Origin: an uncultured Spirochaetota bacterium
GTDB lineage: Bacteria; Spirochaetota; Spirochaetia; SZUA-6; CAVTHK01
Assembly (NCBI GenBank): GCA_963734495.1
Contig: CAVTHK010000003.1
Coordinates: forward strand, 192,001-256,000
Direction of reading: 5' to 3'
DNA: 64,000 nucleotides
The translations under genes were made by a program, and so were the position numbers. The notes below the pieces were generated by a model. That model was not told where the DNA came from and made no database searches. It worked only from the letters and a program-made list of their open reading frames with translations. This document shows, in pieces, positions 48,372 to 57,473 of this stretch. Within the stretch, counting starts at the first letter, position 1. Each line of letters opens with the position of its first letter.

Positions 48372-48789
48372 AGGCGTGCGGCTCCCTGAAGGCAACCCGC
48401 AGGACTCGTGTAGCGGGGCAGCGACCGCTGCCGTCGCTTCGAAGGTCCGCTGCCGGAAGACCGCGACTGGGTTGCCCGCAAATCTCCCGTGGACGACTTG
48501 AGGTTGCCTCCGGTCATCCGGCGATTTGGTGATCTGCTTCAATAAGTGACTCGACCCGGGACTGCTGGGACTGCCCGGCTGCCGTCTGCCTGTATAGGAC
48601 CGGTACACCAGCGTGAACGCGGACTTAGCGAAATTGTTCCGTAGGGACACACTCTACGCAACAGTCTTCACAGCGATCCAAAGCACACCTCTTCCCAAGC
48701 GCTACCGCGTCATGGCCGAAAGCCTGTCTGACGTCGCACCGCTCACGAGCGCGGGCACGCGCCGGCTGCGGCGGACAAGCGCTCGAGTC

Positions 48790-49030
48790 TTACGAGTCCA
48801 GCGGCATCTCGGACAGGATATCCTCTTCGTAGGTGTAGTAGCGCTGGCTATTCAGACCGACGCGGCCCCAGATTCCCATGCGAGCCCTCTCGGCTGCCTC
48901 CAGGGATGGATACGAGGTGATGTAGAGCGGGCCTCGACCGATGTACGAGCGGTAGACCGCCACTGCCTTGCCGCCAACTGATACGACGATTTCCTGCCGT
49001 TTCTGCTTCCTATCGTCCCCTGTGTCATCG
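48790..49030 (-). pseudogene. 5'-truncated paralog of 46783..47082
   Basis: KRQEIVVSVGGKAVAVYRSY...SYPSLEAAERAR...DILSEMPLDS aligns; N-terminus missing. Confidence 0.7.
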
Positions 49031-49123
49031 CGAGCGGCATTGCAGGTGGTCGGTCGTGGCAAAGGCCGGGTCGCCGCGTCCGGCAGGACGCTCCGCCGAC
49101 AGGCCGGCAGCGCTGGATGTCTG

Positions 49124-49420
49124 CTATCCTCCCCAGCGCGTCCCCAGCATCGTCTCGGACTCCATGTAGCGGAACAGGCCCAGCGCGACCATGCCCTGGT
49201 AGTGCTTCTGGACGGCGTCCATGCTCGGATACTCGTGGACGCCGCACAGGCTCCACGACTCGTTGTTCCAGCCCGGGTCGCAGAACGCCAGGTTCTTGAC
49301 GCCGAGCTGCTCGCGGAGCTCGGCCTCTTTCGCGAACCGCTCGTTGCGCTCGGCCGCGCTCAACTGGTACCAGGCGTCGGTCCAGCGCACCCTGAAGAAC
49401 TTGTAGATCGGCCCTTCCAT
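49124..49420 (-). CDS. Small hypothetical protein (98 aa), distant homolog of 46783..47082
   Basis: SD GGAGG; shares IY, W.QL, YPS..A and RY pattern. Confidence 0.75.
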   Translation of the reverse strand: MEGPIYKFFRVRWTDAWYQLSAAERNERFAKEAELREQLGVKNLAFCDPGWNNESWSLCGVHEYPSMDAVQKHYQGMVALGLFRYMESETMLGTRWGG

Positions 49421-49619
49421 GTCTTCGACCCTCCGCTCTGCCAGTGTAGAGGGGGCGTCCGACGCGCGCGACACACGCGGGCGAGATATGTCCTCGACCG
49501 TCAAACCAGTGTCTCGCGCCGTCAGTCACTGGTCGCAGCGAAGCCCGCTGTCGTGCCTGACGGCACCGCGCCAGGCACCGCGCAGGACGGATGCGCCCCG
49601 CCGCGCACGATGTCGCGCG

Positions 49620-50005
49620 CTACTCGTCGGCGAAGCGATAGCCGACGCCGATCTCGGTGTAGATGTATCGGGGGCGGGCCGGGTCGGGCTCGATCTTGCG
49701 CCGGAGTCCCGCCATGTAGATGCGGACGTAGTGATTCTGGTCGCCTCTGCCCGGCCCCCAGACCTCCGTCAGCAGGTAGTTGTGCGTGAGCACCTTGCCC
49801 GCGTTCCGCATGAGCACGATGAGAAGCCGGTACTCGATAGGAGTAAGGTGAAGGTCTCTGCCGGCCAGGTACGTCCTGTGAGCCTCCGCGTCGACCTCCA
49901 GCTCGCCGACCTTGAGCCTTCCTACCTCGTCCGCGGAGCGTCCGGGAGCGTCGGTCGTCCGGCGGAGGGCCACGCGGATGCGCGCGAGCAGCTCCCCGAC
50001 GCCGA
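49620..50005 (-). pseudogene. kdpE: C-terminal fragment of a KdpE-type response regulator
   Basis: GVGELLARIRVALRR, HLTPIEYRLL, GKVLTH, LRRKIEPDPARPRYIYTEIGVGYRF; receiver domain absent. Confidence 0.8.
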
Positions 50006-50209
50006 GACGATGGCCTGATACGACGGCTCGGCTTCGAGTGGCGAAACATGCTCACGCCGGAGGGGCGCCGGTACTGCCAGGCCGAGTTCGAGCCGTCGGG
50101 GTCCCGGTCCTCCACGGATGGCGTCAGCGGGCACGGGGGCACCACCGTCCACGAGAGATGAAGCGGCCTGCCCCACGGCCCGCGCCACGGCCTGCGCCGC
50201 GAAGTCGAC

Positions 50210-51353
50210 CTACCGAACGGTCCGCCCTTTCCAGATGATGCCGCGGCGCGCGATCGCGCGGTTGAGGGCGCGCCCCGTCAGGAACAGCAGGTTCAGGAAC
50301 AGCAGCGGGGTGAGCAGCGGCGCCCACCACCGGTGCCCCCGGTCGTACAGAACAGTCGCCCATAGCAGGAGAAACCCGGCGACCTCGGCGAGCACCAGGG
50401 GCTCGCCGCGTCCTGCCAGGAGCTCGAGCGTCGCGACGGCCGCGGGGATGACGACCACCACGGCCGCAAGGGCCGCGCCGAGCGCGACCGTCAGAGGCTG
50501 GCGCAGGCAGGTGTCGTAGATGTTCTTCAAGACGCTCTCGGCCGCTCCGCGATACCCACCGTGTGCGCGGCAGCTGACGTGGCCGGCCGCGTCGAGGAAT
50601 ACGGTGGCTGAATCCCGCGCGCTTGAGCTCGCGCGCGATCGAGACGTCCTCCCCGATGTGATCCGCGACCGCGGCATACCCGCCGACCGCCTCGAACGCC
50701 GCGCGCCGGAAGACCATGAGCTGCCCGATGGCGAGCGACAGCGCGGGGGCCCGCGTGTGCGGCACCAGCGCGAGCGGCAGCAGAAAGGCGGTCATCACGT
50801 ACATCGCCGGAACGACCAGCGCCTCGCCGACGGTGCGCACGTCCTGGCGCACGTACCCCGAAAGCAGGTCGGCCCGGTGCGCCAGCAGGTTGGTCACGGC
50901 CCATGCCACGCTGTGCGGCCCGTGGATCGTGTCCGCGTCGGTGAACATGAGGCACTCGCCCGTCGCCTCCGCGGCGAGCTGCTGCATGGCGTGCGTCTTG
51001 CCGCACCAGCCCGCGCGCGGAAGCGGCCGCCCCCGCAGCGCGCGGATCAGCCCCGGGTAGCGGGCCGCATACCGGGTCACGATCGCGCCGGTCCCGTCCG
51101 TGGACTCATCGTCGAGAACGATGATCTCGTAGCTTCCGTAGCTCTGCTCTGCCAGGCTCGCGAGGCAGTCGCCGATGGCGTGCTCCTCGTTCCGCGCGGG
51201 GATCAGGACGGACACTTTCGGCTGCCTGGTGCCGGCTCCCAGTCGCGGCTTCCGGGTCGAGATCCGCAACCACATGATGTTCGCGAGCGAAAGGGACGCG
51301 ACCCAGGCCAGTCCAGCAAGAAAGAGAATGTCGAAGGAAGGCAGCGGCCTCAT
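50210..51353 (-). CDS. GT2 glycosyltransferase (indel near 50610)
   Basis: VSVLIPARNEE, DDESTDGT, GWCGK, FTDAD, EDV. Confidence 0.88.
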
Positions 51354-51378
51354 CGTCGCGCCCCATCGGTCGCGCCGG

Positions 51379-53094
51379 TCACTTGGCGGCGAGGGCCGAC
51401 CCCACGCTCTTTGGCTCCGGATGCGGCGTCGGGGGGACCAGGGGCCTCGCCGACGCGAGCGGTTCCTCCGCGGCGTCGGCGAAGCCTTCCGTCTCGGCAC
51501 CCGTCGCGGGCGCTTCCTCGATTTCGTTGACCGCGACCCGCTGTCGCCTGCGCAGAAGCGAGAGCGGCACCACACCCAACAGCGTGACGATTCCCGCGAT
51601 CATGAAGCAGTCGTTGACGGCGGCGACGAATGCCTCGTTGCCGAGCCGCATGAAAAGCAGGCTACGCGCCTGCGCGGCCGCGTCGGCCGGCGTGCTGCCC
51701 ACCCTCATGGCGTGCGTCTGCAGCGCCCCGAGCGTCGAGCGCAGCGCGGGCGAGTTGGGGTCGAGCGCGAGGCCGCGCATCGCCGTGTGGAAGACGACCC
51801 GCTTCGCCTCGATCGCGCCCATGATCGCCACCCCGACGCTGCCGCCGACCTGGCGGATGACGTTGAGCATGCCCGAGGCCTGCGCCATCTTCTCTCGGGG
51901 AATCTCCGAGACGGCGATCGTGTTCAGCGGCGTGAACGCCAAGCCGGCGCCGATGCCGCGGAGGATCAGCGTCGCCGTGATCCAGCCGGGCTCGGTCTGC
52001 AGCGTCATCAGGCTGTTGCGGTAGAGCGAAAACCCGAGGAGGGCGATGCCGCAGATGCCGGGGAGCTTCGGACTCGTGCGGTCTGCGAGCATGCCCGCCA
52101 ACGGCGAGAGCGTGCCCTGGATGAGCCCGATCGGCAGGAACATCAGACCCGTCTGAAGAGCCGTGTACCCCAGCGACGTCTGGAGGTAGAGCGGCATGAG
52201 GAACGTGCTCCCGAACATCCCCACCCCGAAGATGAAGAGGATGGAGTTGGCGAAGGCAAAATTGAAGTTGCGAAAGAGCCGCAGCTCGATCATCGGGTGC
52301 TCGATCGTGATCTCCGCGGCGAGAAAGACCAGCAGCCCGACAAATGACACGGCGAAGCAGGTGAGCACGTAGTCGGAGGACCAGCCGCCTGTGTTCCAGC
52401 GCGCGTTCCCGGCCGACAGCGCGAGCAGGAGCCCCGCGAGGAACACGGTCATCGAGATGCAGCCGAGAAAGTCGAACCGCGTGTTCTCCTTCTTCCTGTA
52501 CTCCTTCTGGACCGCCGCCGTGAACAGGACGCCGAACGACCCGACCGGGACGTTGACGGTAAAGATGGCCCTCCAGTTGAGCCGGTCGATGAGGAAGCCT
52601 CCGGTCATGGGCCCGAGGGAGATCGACGCCGCCGCCGCTATCCCCCAGAAGCCGAGCACCATGCCTCTCTGCTCCCTCGGGAACTCGCGCATGACGATCG
52701 CCATGCCGAGGGGCATGAGCAGCCCGGCGCCCGTGCCCTGCACGACGCGAAAGAAGATCAGCGTTCGCTCGTTCCACGCCAGGCCGCAGAGCAGGGACCC
52801 TACCGTGAACAGCAGCAGGGCCGATCCGTACATCTTCTTGTAGCCGAAATTGTCCGCAAGCCAGCCGGAGACGGGAAGCATGATCGTGGTCGCCAGCATG
52901 TAGGCCGTGATGACCCACTGGATGGTGTCGACGGAGGACCCGAAGCCGGCCATGATGCTGGACAGGCCGACGTTGACGATGGACGCGTCGAGCACCGCCA
53001 TAAAGGTGCCCACCATCACGTTGAGCAGCACGAACCACCGGTAAAGAGGGCTGGCAGTGATGCCGGCGGCCAGGGCCGGCGCGGGGGCGCTCAT
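51379..53094 (-). CDS. DHA2 (EmrB-like) MFS efflux transporter
   Basis: FMAVLDASIVNV, WVITAY, RVVQG, WRAIFTVNVPVG, RQVGGSVG. Confidence 0.92.
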   Translation of the reverse strand: MSAPAPALAAGITASPLYRWFVLLNVMVGTFMAVLDASIVNVGLSSIMAGFGSSVDTIQWVITAYMLATTIMLPVSGWLADNFGYKKMYGSALLLFTVGSLLCGLAWNERTLIFFRVVQGTGAGLLMPLGMAIVMREFPREQRGMVLGFWGIAAAASISLGPMTGGFLIDRLNWRAIFTVNVPVGSFGVLFTAAVQKEYRKKENTRFDFLGCISMTVFLAGLLLALSAGNARWNTGGWSSDYVLTCFAVSFVGLLVFLAAEITIEHPMIELRLFRNFNFAFANSILFIFGVGMFGSTFLMPLYLQTSLGYTALQTGLMFLPIGLIQGTLSPLAGMLADRTSPKLPGICGIALLGFSLYRNSLMTLQTEPGWITATLILRGIGAGLAFTPLNTIAVSEIPREKMAQASGMLNVIRQVGGSVGVAIMGAIEAKRVVFHTAMRGLALDPNSPALRSTLGALQTHAMRVGSTPADAAAQARSLLFMRLGNEAFVAAVNDCFMIAGIVTLLGVVPLSLLRRRQRVAVNEIEEAPATGAETEGFADAAEEPLASARPLVPPTPHPEPKSVGSALAAK

Positions 53095-53309
53095 GGGATG
53101 GCCGGCCGGGCATGCGGTGGGAGGCGAAGGACGTGGACGCGGCTCAAGCGGAGGCCTCCAGGCGACAGGAACAGACGCATCCTATCATCGCAGGGGCGTC
53201 GGTCGCAACGGAGCCGCCGGCACCGCCCGCGCCTCCGGTCGGCCGGGCCCCGAGGGCCAAGGACGGCCCTGCCGGCCGGCAGCCGAGGCAGGCCGGGGCA
53301 GCCGGTTTC

Positions 53310-53339
53310 TTGACATCAGGCGGTGTCTGCAGCTACTAT
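53310..53339 (+). promoter_or_regulatory. sigma70-type promoter of the tRNA cluster
   Basis: TTGACA-18 bp-TACTAT; a second TTGACG-18-TATAGT at 53654-53683. Confidence 0.7.
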
Positions 53340-53363
53340 CTGTCCTGCCGCTTGTGCGTGCTT

Positions 53364-53438
53364 GGTGGGTGTAGCTCAGGTGGTTAGAGCGCCAGCCTGT
53401 GGAGCTGGATGTCGTGGGTTCGAATCCCATTACCCACC
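53364..53438 (+). tRNA. tRNA-His (GTG)
   Basis: Encoded G-1; CCAGC-CT-GTG-GA-GCTGG; C discriminator. Confidence 0.95.
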
Positions 53439-53466
53439 CTGTCGGCACGGCAGTGCCGGCGTACGT

Positions 53467-53540
53467 GCGCCTGTAGCTCAGCTGGATAGAGCGTCGGGCT
53501 TCGAACCCGAAGGTCGCAGGTTCGAATCCTGTCGGGCGTA
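53467..53540 (+). tRNA. tRNA-Arg (TCG)
   Basis: TCGGG-CT-TCG-AA-CCCGA anticodon arm. Confidence 0.95.
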
Positions 53541-53543
53541 CTC

Positions 53544-53616
53544 GGGCCGTTAGCTCAGTTGGTAGAGCAGCAGACTCTTAATCTGCGGGTCGAAGGTTCG
53601 ACTCCTTCACGGCTCA
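53544..53616 (+). tRNA. tRNA-Lys (CTT)
   Basis: GCAGA-CT-CTT-AA-TCTGC anticodon arm. Confidence 0.95.
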
Positions 53617-53753
53617 ACGGGGCGCAGGGCGCGGAAAGGCGTGACGCCCGAGGTTGACGCGGGTTTCCCGCCCGGAGTATAGTTCCGGCGCGGCTCCCGG
53701 CCGGGCGCTGGGTCGACTGCGGGGCGTGTGAGTGCCTGCCGGGAACATCTCTC

Positions 53754-53835
53754 GCGAGAGTGGTGGAACTGGCAGACACGCTAGACTTAGGATCTAGTGC
53801 CGCGAGGCTTGAGGGTTCGAGTCCCTTCTCTCGCA
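53754..53835 (+). tRNA. tRNA-Leu (TAG)
   Basis: CTAGA-CT-TAG-GA-TCTAG; long variable arm. Confidence 0.95.
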
Positions 53836-53859
53836 AGGCAGGCGTGCGAAGGCAAACGT

Positions 53860-53931
53860 GCGGGAATAGCTCAGGGGTAGAGCGCCACCTTGCCAAGGTG
53901 GAAGTCGCGGGTTCGAGCCCCGTTTCCCGCT
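53860..53931 (+). tRNA. tRNA-Gly (GCC)
   Basis: CCACC-TT-GCC-AA-GGTGG anticodon arm. Confidence 0.95.
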
Positions 53932-53940
53932 CCTATTCCC

Positions 53941-53971
53941 AAAGGCGATCCGTCGTGATCGCCTTTTGTTT
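53941..53971 (+). terminator. Intrinsic terminator after the tRNA cluster
   Basis: AAAGGCGATC/GATCGCCTTT stem followed by TGTTT. Confidence 0.75.
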
Positions 53972-54040
53972 ATCCGGGCGACGCCCGCGCGGGCGGCCGT
54001 GCGCGGGAGCGCGCCACTCGACGTGTCAGAGGAACGGCAT

Positions 54041-55390
54041 ATGCAGGCAAAAAGAGACATCGAGCTGCTCGACAACTCCTCGGTGCGATTGCGGATCACG
54101 CTCGGCGAGGAAGACGTGCAGAAGGAATACGACGCGGTGGTCAAGGAGTACACCGGCAAGCTGGCGCTCCCGGGATTCCGCCGCGGCAAGGTCCCGCCCG
54201 ACGTACTGATCCGCAAGTTCGGCGACACCCTCAAGGCCGAGGCCGCGCAGGCGCTCATCGAGAAGAGCCTCGGCGAGGCGCTGCCCGAGGTCGAGCACAA
54301 GCCGCTGCCGTACGCTCGTCCCGCGCTCAAGGACGAGTTCAAGCTCGAGCTCGGCAAACCGTTCGTCTTCGAGGTCACCTACGACACCTACCCGAAGATC
54401 GAGCTCGGGGAGTACAAGAACCTCGAGATCGAGGACCTGCAGGTCGAGATCGGCGACGAGGACATCGGGCGGGAGATGCAGGGCATCCAGCGGCAGAACG
54501 GGATCGTCGTGGACAAGCCCGAGGGCTCGAAGGTGGAAAAGGAAGACACGATCACCGTCGACTACGTCGAGGTCAGGGAGGACGGCGGCGAGGAAGCGAA
54601 GACCCGCCGCGAAGGCTTCACCTTCCAGGTAGGCTCCGGCTACAATCTCTACGGCATCGACGACGACGTGGCCGGCATGGCGAAGGGCGAGGAGCGGGTT
54701 CTCGAAAAGGAGTACCCCGCGGGCCACCAGTACAGCGACCTCGCCGGCCGCAAGGTGCGCCTCAAGGTCAAGGTCACGGCGCTCAAGCAGACTCAGCTTC
54801 CCGAAGTCAACGACGAGCTCGCGCAGGACGTGAGCGACCGCTTCCAGACGCTCGAGGACCTCAGGCAGGACATCCGCACCCGTCTCCAGCAGGCCGCGAA
54901 CGAGCGCCTCAGAGGGGTCAGGGTCGACCAGCTGATGAAGCAGATCGTGGCGGCTTCGAAGATCACGTTCCCCGCCTCCATGGTCGAGCGCGACCTGGAC
55001 CTGCGCTGGCACGAGTTCGTGCGCCGCATGGGCGGCAACGAGGACATGGTGACGCGCCTGCTCAAACGCGAGGGCAGAGCGGTCGAAGACCTGCTCGCCG
55101 AGTGGCGCCCGTCTGTCGAAGAGAGTATCAGGAGACGAGTGGCGATCCAGGAGATCGCGGATCGGGAGAAGGTCGAGGTCCCGGAGCAGGAGATCGACGA
55201 CGAGGTCCGCACCGCGGCCGAGGGGCAGAATCGCAAGCTCGACGACCTCAAGCGCGAGTACGAGCAGAGCGGGCTGCTCGCCGTGCTGCGCGAGGAGCGG
55301 CGTCTTGCCAAGGCCTACGACGTCCTGATCGCGTCGGCAAAGCTCAAGAAGGGCAGGAAGATGACCTTCGCGGAGCTTGCCCAGCCGTGA
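54041..55390 (+). CDS. tig: Trigger factor
   Basis: PGFRRGKVP ribosome-binding motif, FKBP-like domain, tig-clpP-clpX context. Confidence 0.95.
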   Translation: MQAKRDIELLDNSSVRLRITLGEEDVQKEYDAVVKEYTGKLALPGFRRGKVPPDVLIRKFGDTLKAEAAQALIEKSLGEALPEVEHKPLPYARPALKDEFKLELGKPFVFEVTYDTYPKIELGEYKNLEIEDLQVEIGDEDIGREMQGIQRQNGIVVDKPEGSKVEKEDTITVDYVEVREDGGEEAKTRREGFTFQVGSGYNLYGIDDDVAGMAKGEERVLEKEYPAGHQYSDLAGRKVRLKVKVTALKQTQLPEVNDELAQDVSDRFQTLEDLRQDIRTRLQQAANERLRGVRVDQLMKQIVAASKITFPASMVERDLDLRWHEFVRRMGGNEDMVTRLLKREGRAVEDLLAEWRPSVEESIRRRVAIQEIADREKVEVPEQEIDDEVRTAAEGQNRKLDDLKREYEQSGLLAVLREERRLAKAYDVLIASAKLKKGRKMTFAELAQP

Positions 55391-55491
55391 CGAGCCCCGG
55401 GGACGGCTGACGGCCTCGTTCGCGGAGGGGGTGGGTCGGACGCAACCTGGACTTTGGATAGGTGAATGGGTAAATTGACCGCGGAAACGCC

Positions 55492-56178
55492 ATGAAGAAC
55501 CTCTCTCAAGAGCTGATGATGCGCCTCAACCGCGCCAGAGCTCGGGCCCGCGCGAGGATCGAAGAGCAGGATAACAGCCTGGTCCCGATCGTCGTCGAGC
55601 AGAGCGGCGCCGGCGAGCGCGCATACGATATCTTTTCCCGGCTCCTCAAGGACCGCATCGTCTTTCTCGACGGCGAGATCCACGACGTGAGCGCCGATCT
55701 CGTGATCGCGCAGCTGCTGTTCCTCGAGAGCCAGGACCCCGAAAAGGACATCCAGGTCTACATCAATTCGCCCGGCGGCTCGGTGCTCGCCGGGCTCGCC
55801 ATCTACGACACGATGCAGTACATCAAGCCCGACATCCAGACCATGTGCCTGGGCCAGGCCGCTTCGATGGCCGCCCTTCTGCTGACCTGCGGCACGCACG
55901 GCAAGCGCTTCGCGCTGCCCTCCTCCCGCATCCTGATCCATCAGCCGTGGGGCGGCGTCGCGGGTCAGGCCGCCGACATCGGGCGGCAGGCGCGGGAGAT
56001 CCTGCGCCTGAAAAAGATGCTGCTCACCTACTTCGCCACGCACACGGGCAAGGACGAGGCGAAGGTTGCGGAAGATCTGGAGCGCGATACCTTCTTGTCT
56101 GCCGATGAGGCCAAAGAGTACGGCCTCGTCGACGAGGTGCTCGTGCGGAGGCGCGTCGAGGACAATGGCAAAAAGTGA
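55492..56178 (+). CDS. clpP: ATP-dependent Clp protease proteolytic subunit
   Basis: [29 protein letters not shown]. Confidence 0.97.
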   Translation: MKNLSQELMMRLNRARARARARIEEQDNSLVPIVVEQSGAGERAYDIFSRLLKDRIVFLDGEIHDVSADLVIAQLLFLESQDPEKDIQVYINSPGGSVLAGLAIYDTMQYIKPDIQTMCLGQAASMAALLLTCGTHGKRFALPSSRILIHQPWGGVAGQAADIGRQAREILRLKKMLLTYFATHTGKDEAKVAEDLERDTFLSADEAKEYGLVDEVLVRRRVEDNGKK

Positions 56179-57407
56179 AGCCCAGAAGGTTTGCTCCTTC
56201 TGCGGGAAAAGCGCCGACATCGCGCGCCGGCTGATCGCGGGGCCGGGCGTCTACATCTGCGACGAGTGCGTCTACGTCTGCAAGAAGATCCTCGACGAGG
56301 AGGAAGACGTCATCTCGGGGGAATTCCTGCATGACCTGCCCACCCCCAAGGAGATCAAGTCCTTTCTCGACCAGTACGTGATCGGCCAGGAGAGCGCCAA
56401 GCGCGTGCTCTCGGTGGCCGTGTACAATCACTACAAGCGGATCTCCCGCGCGAACCCGGCCGAAGGCGACGTGGAGCTGGAAAAGTCCAACGTGCTCCTC
56501 ATCGGGCCCACGGGCACGGGCAAGACGCTGCTCGCCCGAACGCTCGCGCGCAAGCTGCGCGTGCCCTTCGCGATGGCGGACGCCACGACGCTGACCGAGG
56601 CGGGGTACGTCGGCGAGGACGTGGAAAACATCCTGCTCAAGCTCATCCAGAACGCGGGCAACAACATCCCGCTGGCCGAGCGCGGGATCGTCTACATCGA
56701 CGAGATCGACAAGATCGCCCGCAAGGGGGAGAACGTCTCCATCACCCGCGACGTCTCCGGGCGAGGGCGTGCAGCAGGCCCTGCTCAAGATCATCGAGGG
56801 CACCGTCGCCAACGTCCCGCCGCAGGGCGGGCGCAAGCACCCGAACCAGGAGATGCTGCGCATCAACACCGAGAACATCCTCTTCATCTGCGGCGGCGCG
56901 TTCGTCGGGCTGGACAAGATCGTGGAGCAGCGGACGGCCGAGCACCCGATGGGCTTCGGGGCCGACGTCAAGGGCCGGCGCGACCGCAAGCTCTCCGAGC
57001 TCTTCGCGAAGCTGCACCCGGACGACCTCATCAAGTACGGGATGATCCCCGAGTTCGTCGGCCGCGTCCCGATCGTCGTGGCCCTCGACGAGCTCAGCGA
57101 AGACACGCTGCGCCGCATCATCACCGAGCCGCGCAACGCCCTGGTCAAGCAGTACCAGGCCTCGCTCAAGCTCGACGGCGTCGAGCTGGAGTTCGAGGAG
57201 GAGGCGGTCGAGGCGATCGCGAAAAAGGCCATCGCGCGCCGCACCGGCGCCCGAGGCTTGCGCGCCATCGTCGAAGAGATCATGATGGACATCATGTTCG
57301 ACATCCCTTCGATCAAGGGCCGCAAGCGGGTCATGGTCACGCGCGACGTCGTCGAGAAGTCCGAGAAACCCGAGATCGTCGTGCTCGACAAGCGCAAGTC
57401 CGCCTGA
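56165..57407 (+). CDS. clpX: ClpX ATPase (indel near 56760)
   Basis: CSFCGK zinc finger, [19 protein letters not shown]. Confidence 0.97.
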
Positions 57408-57473
57408 AAGCCCGCCGCATGACCCCCTTTGCCGGACGCGACCGATCCGGTCGGCCGTAAGGGACCCCAGCCG

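Larger units (their letters stand above)
47162..49531. repeat. ~50-bp direct repeat (47162-47213 and 49483-49531) upstream of two small paralogous genes
   Basis: gagatatgtcctcgaccgtcaa-nnn-agtgtctc-n-cgccgtcagt..cactg in both copies. Confidence 0.9.

Noticed and set aside
48793-48802. att duplication of the tRNA-Arg 3' half (CGAGTCCAGC)
   Set aside because: Only 10 bp, and explained by the paralog's last codons
46612-49540. Integron cassette array
   Set aside because: No attC-like palindromes and no integrase; repeats lie upstream of the genes and orientations are mixed
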